From: Ionaspis alba
Taxonomy: Eukaryota
Length of the DNA stretch: 20,000 nucleotides
NCBI GenBank assembly: GCA_964255285.1
Contig: CAXUUL010000014.1
Span: forward strand, 49,403 to 69,402
Direction: 5' to 3'
Shown here: positions 1 through 9,973 of the stretch, one piece after another
Layout of the letters: each line of letters starts with the position of its first letter
Numbering within the stretch: position 1 is the first letter of the stretch
The notes under the pieces: model-generated
Database searches by the model: none
What the model was told of the DNA's origin: nothing
The model's input: only the letters and a program-made list of their open reading frames with translations
Made by a program: the position numbers and the translations under genes

Positions 1-868
1 ATTTTAGATTTCCGGAGACCAAGTCAAGCTGATCGTAGGTGAGATCTCCATCCCACGCGTGTATAGCAGGCGCATCAGGGCGATTTTTGACGTGCCGGCT
101 GATTTCTCCGTGAACGGTGGACTCCACACTCTGTCGGATACCGCTGTTCCACGCAACAATTTGGTCAAGGTCGCGGCCGCTCAAGGACCGAACCTCACCA
201 ATCGTTTGTTTCGGGTTTTCCAATAGGCTCTGAAAGAGAGTGCGGCAGGTGTTGCCCACGTTGAGTATCGCCTCTTTGGTATAGTCGGAGCTTTTGAAGT
301 GGATCTCCAGTATCAATTTCCCCAACCAGTCATTGAAGACTGCTACAAGACCGTTGTGGTACATCTGGGGCAAGTTAGCAAATGGGTGAATGTCTATGGA
401 GGTTGATAATCTCACATGTCGGTGTTCATTCAGCATCTCTCTTTCCTCTGACTCTTTGTCACTACATAGACCTCGTGGCTTCGACTGAGTGTAGAGCATC
501 TTCGTGTTCAGCAGAGGAGTGGCTTCCCACAGGGTGCTGTCTACGACAGATGAAACATGTGCGTAACAAAATTCAACGCTTGAAACGGTCTGTGACTTGG
601 ATATTACTGCAGAGCAGACGTAGCCTGGTTGTGTGTGGAGTTCACCTTTGCTGGTATTGCCCTGTATGCGAAAAGCGACGGTCTCATTCCCTGTATAGAC
701 GCGAAGCACGAGAGCCCAGAGAAGCTCATACAAGTTCAATTGTCCTATGGCTTTCTGAAGTGTATCGAGCTTCGCTTTGTCATTGCAGAGTGAGAAAGTC
801 AATGCTTGAGCCTTACCCGCATGGGTAGTTATTGCATAATCGAGGGTGGGAAATAAACAAGGCTCCAT
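1..868 (-). CDS. Non-ribosomal peptide synthetase, 5' part (degenerate N-terminal C domain, then start of adenylation domain); continues beyond window start
   Basis: Absent from the ORF track because it has no stop in the window. Open frame from ATG 868 (in-frame upstream TAG at about 956-958): MEPCLFPTLDY...LYELLWALVLRVYTGNETVAF...SLLENPKQTIGEVRSLSGRDLDQIVAWNSG...VHGEISRHVKNRPDAPAIHAWDGDLTYDQLD. PCLFP and WALVLRxYTG are typical of fungal NRPS starter C-domain remnants. PDAPAIHAWDGDLTYxxL is the A1 region of fungal A domains. Probable 51-nt in-frame intron 365-415 (GTGAGA..GCTAAC..CAG). Confidence 0.93.
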   Translation of the reverse strand, partial: MEPCLFPTLDYAITTHAGKAQALTFSLCNDKAKLDTLQKAIGQLNLYELLWALVLRVYTGNETVAFRIQGNTSKGELHTQPGYVCSAVISKSQTVSSVEFCYAHVSSVVDSTLWEATPLLNTKMLYTQSKPRGLCSDKESEEREMLNEHRHVRLSTSIDIHPFANLPQMYHNGLVAVFNDWLGKLILEIHFKSSDYTKEAILNVGNTCRTLFQSLLENPKQTIGEVRSLSGRDLDQIVAWNSGIRQSVESTVHGEISRHVKNRPDAPAIHAWDGDLTYDQLDLVSGNLK

Positions 869-953
869 ATTCCACTGTAGAGAGACGAGGACGGCCCAAG
901 ATACGGAGCGAAAAGGACTGTGCAGGTGGGAGAAAATAGAATGATAACCTCTT

Positions 954-1253
954 GACTATATAGACAGCGCCAACAGGAATGAAACACAGGAATAAAACAC
1001 ATAGTTGTTTTGATACCGCCAACAACACCGATTCGCATAAGAAAAGCCCACCACAACGTTCAATTTCTATTTCCCGATACGTAAATAAATTATAGATTGA
1101 TACAGGTATTAACTGAAACTTAAGCCGCAAATTAAATCGACGTGCTCACTTTTTGGGCTTATTAGCGCTACCAGGCAATGGAAAAATAGCCTTTAGACTA
1201 TATGAACAGCGCCAATAGGGATCGAAACTGTAGTTGACTTAACACCACCGACA
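954..1253. repeat. Degenerate direct repeat upstream of the NRPS
   Basis: 954-980 GACTATATAGACAGCGCCAACAGGAAT vs 1196-1222 GACTATATGAACAGCGCCAATAGGGAT (23/27 identical). 1002-1024 TAGTTGTTTTGATACCGCCAACA vs 1231-1253 TAGTTGACTTAACACCACCGACA (17/23 identical). Confidence 0.75.
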
Positions 1254-2988
1254 GTGGGCGCCATTGGAGTGCAGAAACAGAAAAATAAGGTAATGGTTAG
1301 CCAGGCGTTTGAGGCATAGCACCATGGTTTCTTTAGGCGACTTGACACGACCGCGACAACCTGCGTCAAAGAAAAAGATCAGCCAGACTGCTTGTTGGGG
1401 AAATAAACTGCTCTTCAGAACCTAAACTTTTGTTACTGGACCTAGAATTAGGGCAAGGTTTCCATCCCACATTCTTTTTTTCTGCTTGTTCCTGAACCGG
1501 CACTAGCTTCTTGTCCTCCTGCAACGCTAAGCTTCATGTCAAGCTAAAGCGCCTTCGTATTGCGTCCAACATATACATGTACATGTACATTGCAGACTGT
1601 ACTCTGTATAAATACGCGTGATCCAATGCTCTATAAATCCTGGAAGGCGCATTGCATGAAGCGTTCTCCAAAAAAAGGAAAAGAGGGATCAAGTTGGAAG
1701 AGCCGATCGTTAAGAAGGAACCCACCTAGTTAAGGTACAGTACACTGTTGGGCATCTGGTCGGTTAATTGAGACCTCATCCAACTCCTTTCCCCACAGGC
1801 CCACCTCTTCTCGGTGTTTATGATGATGCATTCCCGAGGGATGTTGAGATACGAGCTTCGTTCAATAGTGGTGGCAGTAGTCTTAGGCCGCCCGGGCGCC
1901 TAACATAATCCAGGTTGTCCAAATCGACCCTCAACACGGTGGCCAGTCGATCTCACAAGAGAAGGGTCTCGATGCGTCAAGAGCAACAAAGGAGTGGTTC
2001 TTCTAGCTCGACATATTGGGCTGACCTCTGCCGGATGCCAATTTCTTGTCCAGTGGTGGTAGCTAGCATCGCCTTCATCAAGTACAAGGTGATGGTGATT
2101 TATGGGTATGACTGGCCTTCTCGATCCCACCGTTGAGCCTGATGAGATCCAATCTCGTGTTCGCTCGAATGGAAGGAAGGCCTGCAGGCTTGAGTTTCAG
2201 GTCTTCTCCACGCTTCATCATATGTACTGCATTGGTCGGTACCTTCACAGTGCGTATGTTCAAGGTCGTCACCCACCAGAGGAACACGTTCACATAGTCC
2301 AGGACGGATTCTTGTAGGGATCACTAGGCTATCTGGAAGCAGACAATCAATCGAGCGCGTTGTTTTGTTACTAATTTGACCAGGCTGTCCCAGTCTTTCC
2401 TTCTTCACTCACGAAACAGGTTGGTATTCTCAAAGACGAAAATCTGCTTCCTGTCCTTGTCACTACATGATCTCGTTCTGAAACCTCAGAGTCCAGAAAT
2501 GGCTGTCCATTCTCATTTGCTGGGCTGCCGGGGCTCGTTTATGGAAAGACTGGTTGGCCAGGAGTAGTTGGAGTGTCAACGGCGATGGTTGCTAGCGCTG
2601 GGGTGCAAGTTTTCAGACACAAAGGAAAGAGAACATTATCAGCAGGAACCGCTGGTGATGCGTGAGGTCTCTCTGTTGTTTTGGTGTTTGGCAAATGCGG
2701 CATGTTGGAATGATCAGTCTTAGGATTGGAAACAGTACACAACAGTGGGTGTCTAGCATCGTGTCAATAACTCGCCATTTCAGGCCACGCAATATAACAC
2801 TCCATACTTCATCTTGATATTTCTCGACACCACTTGCATTCCATATCTGTCGCAACGCATGAGGCTAGTATAACATATCATGTGCTCTAAACATCGCCGC
2901 AGGCTTGTTGTACTTGTGCTACAAGTAGTGATCCGCGTCGAATCTATAATATCAGGACCTGGGACAAGACGGAAGCTCTGCGGAGGAC

Positions 2989-4139
2989 TTATAGAGTTCC
3001 ATGCTCAACCAAATATCCGCCATCAACTGGGAGAATCACTCCGTTCAGGTACTGACAGCAGGCCACAAACACTACTGCGCTCGCCATATCCATGTGGGTC
3101 CCAACTCTCCCGCTGCTGATGTCTTTAACAGCCGGCCAAGACTCTTCGTCCAGTGTGCTCTTGCCATTCAAACTGGGCGTGCCAGCGGTTATCTCCGACG
3201 GAAATACTCCCGGTGCGATCGAGTTGACGCGGATGTGCAGCTTCATCCTTGCAATCTCCGTCGCAAGCATCTTGGTCACATGGATCGTCGCTGCCTTGGC
3301 CGCGTTGCTCGCAAAATGGTTGAGAGACGTTCTGATGAGGCCGTTGATGCTGCTGATGTTGATTACGCAGCTCTGGTAACCAGGGTGCTTGGGACTGCTG
3401 CCGCGGGCAAGGAGCGGGAGGAAGGCTGTTGTGACAAAGTAATGTGAGGCAGCGTTTGTGCGGTAGACATTTGTCCAGTCGTCAAAGGTGGCATTGGGAT
3501 GGTCGAAGAGATTCGCTCTTGCTTGGGACGCATCTTCGCCTTTGGGTTGCTGCGACGCGCTGTATATGCCCGCATTGTTTATCAAGAGATGTAGAGCCTC
3601 CTCTTTTGTTTCGACTTCATGAGCTAGGCGTCTGTGAAGAAGAACCTGTTAGATCGCTGTCCGAATTGCTGTAATGAGTAACAAACTGCCAAGGAAGCGT
3701 TTGTCTTCTTCTCCTGCCCCTTCTCCTTCGCCGCACCCTCTTACGTTCACCATCTCCACGACCAGCGCCTCGCGTCCTTTGACTGGGAAGTCGATCGTGA
3801 TAGACAAGACTTACTTGATGTCTTCCTTGTTAGCCACATCGCCCACGAGCGGAATGATCTCGCCCCTAATATTCTGGCTGTACACGTCCGCAGCCGTACG
3901 CAACTTGCTCTCTGTCCGCCCAACAATATAAACCTTTGCTCCATTGACTGCGAGAGCCTGTGCAGCCATCAATCCTATTCCAGTGGCCCCGCCCGTAACC
4001 AAAGCCACCTATGTGGAGGGTTAAACTCTATAACGCCGAAATTCTTCTGCTGGAAACACCATACCTTGTGCTCGACGTTGAAAAGAGAATACAGCTCGAA
4101 GTCTGCATTGTCTGTTGCCATGTTCTCTGAGGTGGCCAT
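2989..4139 (-). CDS. Short-chain dehydrogenase/reductase (classical SDR fold), about 303 aa, catalytic Tyr replaced by Ser
   Basis: Exons 4139-4065, 4008-3815 and 3631-2989, with GT-AG introns in consistent phase. Motifs: VALVTGGATGIG, VYIVGRT, LINNAG, VINISS, HFASNAAK (YxxxK position), RVNSIAPGVFPSE, VDGG. Alternative start at ATG 4121. Confidence 0.92.
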
Positions 4140-5447
4140 AGACGTCTCGTGCTGTCTTTCGATGTTGCTTTCTGAGTGTGGAAACAATTCAAAAGCTCAA
4201 GATATGCTCCGATAATACGGGAAGGACCTCTGCTTTATATAGTTGACCAGCATGGCCCAACCAGTAGGCCCGAAGGCGCTGAACCTAAGCCTGTTTTGAA
4301 GTTTCACCATCATGCAGAGTTGGCGTATCAGTTCATCTGGAAAGAAGACGCTCTTCGTTCAAACCGAAAGAACGCTTATGACTATGCTATTGACCATCAG
4401 TTTGGTTTCTAGCTGGATAAGCGGGGTTTTGATGTTTTCGTTTTCCCCCCCAACTAAATGTAGATTACTAGAAAAAAGAATAATGAGCTAAACCCGATGG
4501 AGATTAAGTCCTATGAACTCCAACGTCTTAGCAGCATCGACACAACCCTGATATGCTTCTACTGTTGCTCCGTCACTGAATCGTTGCAGTCCTGATGCAG
4601 TAAAAAGCAGACACTTTGGTTGTGGTTGTGAACCTTTAAGCGTGCAGCAAATGAGACGAGGTGCAAGGGAATAGCGGAGTTCAATCTCAAGGCCATCCTG
4701 CACAGGCTAGACGTCCACTAAGAGTATGCGGGCATGATGCAAAAGACTCCTTGCATTGAGCGGCTCACTTGAAGCAAAATGTCGTGCGGCTCGACTGCTC
4801 ACGTCTGAACTCGTTGTTTCCTAGGCAAACCGATTGTCTCTTACGGGGTCGCCGTCAACTATTACTATTCTTTCGTTTTGAAGGTGTAATCCAAATTCGC
4901 AAAGGAACCACTACTGGGTATATCTGGACACACTCACCACGATTCTCGTTGGCGCCACGGTGTAGTCCTACAACATGATCAGTAGAAGCTTTAAGGATAA
5001 GCTGGAGTCGCCCACTAAGCGATGGTAGACGTTTTGGACTGGCTGGGCCCGTCTCCATTAAAAGTTCCACATCTCTCGACGAACGATGCAAATGAAGAGA
5101 AACACTTGGAGGACCGGGAGAAGTAGGATGAGGTGGTAATAACGGATGAGAGGATTGGAGAGCCATACCACCTGAAGGCTTGCAAGGTAAGTGGATCTCA
5201 AGGCTTTCTGGAGTATGTTGCCTTCGATCTTCCGACTCATGGTGATTTCTGCCTTGCACAAGCGCGCTGAACGCATAATTGTGGGCATGGCTACTAGGTC
5301 GACCATATATGATAGTGTTTCAACAACTAGTATCAATTTCTTGCGACGCTGTGCAGTCTGTATCTATGCATTCCAGCGACGCTTATTCCGGCGATCGCCA
5401 ACCAAGAAAACCCACCTTTCTATCTCGGGCTTTTGTACTATGGGTCA

Positions 5448-6870
5448 CTAGACAGACGCTGCTTCAATAAGGGTCTCGCCTGCACGCGTGTCAGTGTGAA
5501 TCCAGCCATCTTTCTCCGAGACAGCTCACCTCCATCCGGAAAAAGTGTCTGGGCAGTATAGAATGTGCCACCCCTCCCAGCGAGGAAAAGAATTGTGGCT
5601 GCCATGTCAATCTCATGCCCGGCCCGGCCTGCAGCGTTGGTGATAGCTCTCGTCAATTTCGACTTTTGGTCGGGACCTGAGCCACCGGCGGTCATCTGAG
5701 AGCGATTGTAAGCGTGCCTGCCGTGATAGACTATTCTTATTGAGGCGGCTAGGGACTGGATGACAAACCTCGGATGGGAATGTTCCAGGTGCAATCATAT
5801 TGACCCGCACCTTTGTCTGAGAGAACAAGTGCGCCAACATGCGACTCAGGTGAACAAATGCTGGGCAAACATCAGCCTAGGAATCGTGTCTTATCTTTAT
5901 CTGGCGGATTTTCCAACACCTACCGGCTTTTGAAGCCCCGTAGCTGATGTGGCCCCGCGTGGTGTTCTTCAAGAAAGCCGAGTTGCTTGTGACGTTGACC
6001 ACGCTAGAGGTATAACCGGGTATAACGTCACATCCTTGTGCCAATAGCGGAAGAAAGCCGATTGACATGAAATATCCTCCCATACAATTCGTCGTGAAGT
6101 TCTGTTGCCAGCTGACGGGGTCTGACTTCCAGAAATGCTCGGAGATGGCCACCGGATCCTGGAAGTCGGGAGCCGGATTTCCTGCAAACTCGGTAGCGTA
6201 GTCTCTTGCAATACCCGCGTTGTTGACAAGAAGCTGGATGCCGTTTGGCTCTTCGCTTGAGACTTTGTCCACGAGTTTCTTGATCTCGTCCTTCTTGCTA
6301 ATATCAGTAACGATACTAGAACAACGTCGAAGTCAGCAGAAACGAGCTGGATGTCTCTTCCGGCCAAGGGATTTTCCTTGCAATCATGGGAGCCTTTACG
6401 GGATGATCTTGCCAGGGCCGGTGTTGTAAAGCTCCATCACTAAGCGCGGGTGTTAGGACAAAGTGTACAGACGAAAGATTGGTCCCGCATGCTCGGTCTC
6501 GTGCACTGAGATTGGAGCAGTCTAATAAGGATACTATTATACCTACCAACTTTCAGCGCCTCCTCACGAAGCTCAGCGACGTAGACCTTCGCCCCATTGG
6601 ATACCAATGCCTCGAAGTTCTAAGTCAGTCCATGCCCTTCCGAAGTCGAACTGTTCACAATCTCGTGGTGCTTCAAGTCTGTATTACCTGCGTGATCATC
6701 AACCCAATACCACCTGCGCATGGCCATTAGCCTTGCGTTTCTTCGCCTTTGCGATTAGCTCCACAAGATTACTAACTTCCACCTCCTGTAACAACGGCAA
6801 CGACGTGGGAAACGCAGAATATTTTTGAGCTCTGGAGGTCTACATTTGTTCCTGGCTTTGCGAATGCCAT
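5448..6870 (-). CDS. Short-chain dehydrogenase/reductase, about 301 aa, same subfamily as the neighbouring SDR
   Basis: Eight exons: 6870-6777, 6713-6688, 6610 (or 6619)-6547, 6439-6400, 6315-5924, 5860-5769, 5695-5530, 5479-5448. Motifs: VAVVTGGGSGIG, ALVSNGAKVYV, LLVNNAG, VVNVTS, SYGASK, RVNMIAPGTFPSE, FPDGG. Confidence 0.92.
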
Positions 6871-7250
6871 TGTCGCTAACTTGCGCTAACAACCGACAGA
6901 AGGTTCGGAGCAAGAATACCGTTGCTTTAGGTGCGTAGGTATTTGACTCAGCAATTGACTTCAGAGAGTTGAGGACGATATCTTATCGCAAGCAAATGAC
7001 TCCGAACACAATTTCGCGTTGGAAAAACTCCATGGGAAGCTGTCACTGCATTTGGGAGAAAAGCAAATGAGCCAACATCGACTTTTCAAGAATCAAAATG
7101 CTTTTGTTTTGCTGCTTTTCTGTACTATGAAAGAATGGAAATGATGAGTTAGTATACTTTTCGTCAAACATGCCGAACGCTTTTTGACCTTGAGATTGGG
7201 TTTCTGCTATCCTGATAGGTCGACCTGAGGGATCCGATCCCATAGCTGCA

Positions 7251-9069
7251 TCACGAGGCATGAACCTGGACTCGCGTAAATTGCACCCAGAGTGCGTCCT
7301 CGAGTGAGCCTGGAGAATGGCAGCCAAAAGTCTCGGTGCGGACCGGTTGCGCAGTGAAGTTCGAAAATATCAATGCCAAGATGTATCGCATTACTGGTAA
7401 ACGTTAGTCCCCTTCCTGTCGATCAGTATTTTGACGTGCGGCAACTGACGGTACTGAGACAGATTCGACCCCGCACACATCCTAGGGCCGCTGCAGAAAC
7501 CCCACATCTGGTTCTCGCCACTGCATTTAAGTAGCTTTCCATCGCTGTCCAGCCACCTCTCGGGTATCCACTCGTCCACCCGATCCCACTTCTTCGAATC
7601 CCTGTGCACAAACCACTGGAAAGCGTTGACGCGCACCCTTGGCGGGATACCCTCGATACCAGCGAGCCTGACAGACGAGTTTGCAGGGGTAATGCGTGGG
7701 AGAGGTGTGCTGTTGGGACGCATGCGGAGGGACTCGCAGATGATGGCCGAGAGGTATGGCAGCTCGTCTAGCGTTGCTGCAGAGGGTAGGTGCTGGTCGT
7801 GTAGATTGAAGGAGTCCGAGCTCGACAGGTGGTGCATTTCAGGAGCAGCGGAGGCGATCTCTTCGCGGAGCCGGTGTTGCGCTGTTGGCTTTTGGGAGAG
7901 GTAGTAGAGGGTGTAGGCAAGAACGAGACCTGCAGGATGTAAGACAGTGGAGCTGCCCAGCAGCCTGGCGATATACTAGCTTACCGAGGACTTCCCTGGA
8001 GGATGCTGTATATGTAGGCTCTTAGTGCCTCGAACGCTTTTCAAGAGATCAATACTTACACATGTGGTCGAATAGCTCGCTGGCAACCTCAATTTGTTTG
8101 GAATGGGCATCCAGGTGGCTGGAGTCTTGATCTGTAGCGCCTTTCACACGAGCATAGACGGTGGGAAAGTCTGCGGGGTTTTCTAGAGTCGATCTTTCGC
8201 CCCTCCGCATTGCAGTGTCCGCTGCCTCACACATGGCCATCATCCAAGACTCCATCCACTTCTTCGAAGTTGATGCACGTTTTGGGACTAAGCATACCCC
8301 GACCTTCTCAAGAGTTCTTGTAAGTCGTGGCAACTCCTGGGGCCAGAAGCTCTCCGCGCAGTATCGGTTCTCGTAATGCTCAAGGAATGACTTGATATCC
8401 TCTCCCTTCGTCAAGAATTTGGATCCATTGGACTGGCCGAAGAGGTAGGCGTTGACAAGATCAAGGCACATCGAGTAGCTGAGCTCGAGAAGCTCGGTCT
8501 GCTGGGATGTAAAGGCGTCATTTTCCATCCTCGGGACAAGGCCACCAAAGAGTATCGTCTCCGTGACGGCTGTAAGCTGGGGGGATGTAGAAAGGGCGGA
8601 CTTCGCATACACTGCAGCAATGCGTCGTCTGTGCGTGCTGTGACTTTCCCTGGTCAGGCTGCTAAAGGCATTCTCCATCCTACACCCAGCATCAGCAATG
8701 AAACCGAGCAAGTACGATGGATTCCATGACCTACCCATAGTAGTCAAAGAAGGAATACCACGGAGGCTTGTCAAAGCCTCCATGGTATACAGTCTTGATC
8801 CCATCTTCAAAGCAGCTTACGCTGATGTCTTGGGGTCCGAGCCTGACGATTGGTCCCAATCTTTCATGAGCTTGCCTAACGACATGTAACTCCAGTCTCC
8901 TGTAACGTGTGACAAGAATCCATAGAGAACTCAAGGGCGAGGACCAATGGGCGTTGGGTACCTTGGCCAATGGGGAGATGTGCAGAGGATATACAACGAA
9001 ATGGTAAAGCAAGGAAACACCAACCAATCCAGCCGCTAAGATCACTGCGTAAGAGCCTTGGAAACCCAT
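7251..9069 (-). CDS. Cytochrome P450 monooxygenase, about 532 aa
   Basis: Exons 9069-8735, 8679-8060, 8005-7985 (21-nt mini-exon), 7929-7450, 7393-7251. N-terminal TM anchor plus SPLAKVPNAHW, GPIVRLGP, ExxR (ESLR), PERW, and heme motif FCSGPRMCAG. Confidence 0.96.
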
Positions 9070-9973
9070 AACAATGATGAATCAACGGATGGGCTACAAC
9101 TGTAGAGGAACAAGGTTTTCGTTCAGAGAAAATTAAATCAGCCTACCGTCCGCTTGCCCCTTATGGTGCTTCCATCCAGGACCAAAGAGGGTATTCGCAC
9201 CTAAAATTTCCTGTCCAATATAGGCCATATTAGAATTAGGGCTTGAAGTACATACACCCCTGTGTTAGTCCCTTAGCTGCCATAAGGCACATATGTAAAT
9301 GCGATCTTGGCTAGCATGGGGAAGTTGAGAATGTACCCTGTAAACAACATATGTAGGCCATATCGGAACAAGAATCCTAGGTGTGACTACATAACCTATT
9401 ACACTGCTTCAGAGATGTCCTGTTGTTGAGCTGTGCAACTCCGATCTCGCTTACGATGTGAATATCAGGGACAATAGTTCGCGCAAGCGTCTAGCGCCGA
9501 TCACGATTTAGAGTTCTGACTGGGGCGTTCTGTTGTACTGTACAGTAATGAAAGTTACATGTAAACTACAAATCTGGTGTAAAGCCTTGGACTACGAAGG
9601 TGTCTTTCAACACTGCACCACACAGCTCCCCGGCATAAGATTCCTCGTAAGAGTACTACAGGGCTTTGACATAAGCGAGTGAGCTGGCGTGGGAGTATAC
9701 CAGTGCCCACTTTTTCTCCCAACATTTCAAGCGACATTTGCGGTGGAGGGGCGTTTATCCTCACCAGTCGTAGTCTACATGTATGCTACATTCCCTAATC
9801 AGCTTGGTATCAACCTACACCTGCAAGTTGCGAATCATATGACTAACGATTCGTCGATCGAGTGGTGATCAAGGCCACCATGGCATTCACATCTAGCCTA
9901 CAACTATCTCTGATATCCCCACGCAACAAAACATCTTGCCATTACACAAAACGAGTTACGAACAAGCCAAAGA
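9070..9973. promoter_or_regulatory. Divergent promoter region between the P450 and Sur2-like hydroxylase A
   Basis: Head-to-head gene arrangement. Contains the direct repeat TAGGCCATAT (9221-9230, 9354-9363) and TACATGTA palindromes (9556, 9776). No site is functionally proven. Confidence 0.55.

Noticed and set aside
382..828. 148-aa + strand ORF
   Set aside because: Antisense shadow of the NRPS frame, which carries the recognisable motifs.
2102..2317. ORF with FQVFSTLHHMYC..HVH, loosely like UstYa/DUF3328 HxxHC motifs
   Set aside because: Neither HxxHC motif is actually present, and there is no TM region or supporting exons.
2400..2560. Minus-strand FRTRSCSDKDRKQIF, faintly like the HET-domain CxDPRD motif
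   Set aside because: Too weak, flanked by stops, and no other HET motifs.
4200..5440. Several 60-134 aa ORFs between the two SDRs
   Set aside because: No recognisable motif or consistent splice model; treated as intergenic.
5448..9069. Fragmented ORFs suggesting SDR2 or the P450 are pseudogenes
   Set aside because: All breaks are explained by spliceosomal introns with consistent phase, giving full-length proteins.
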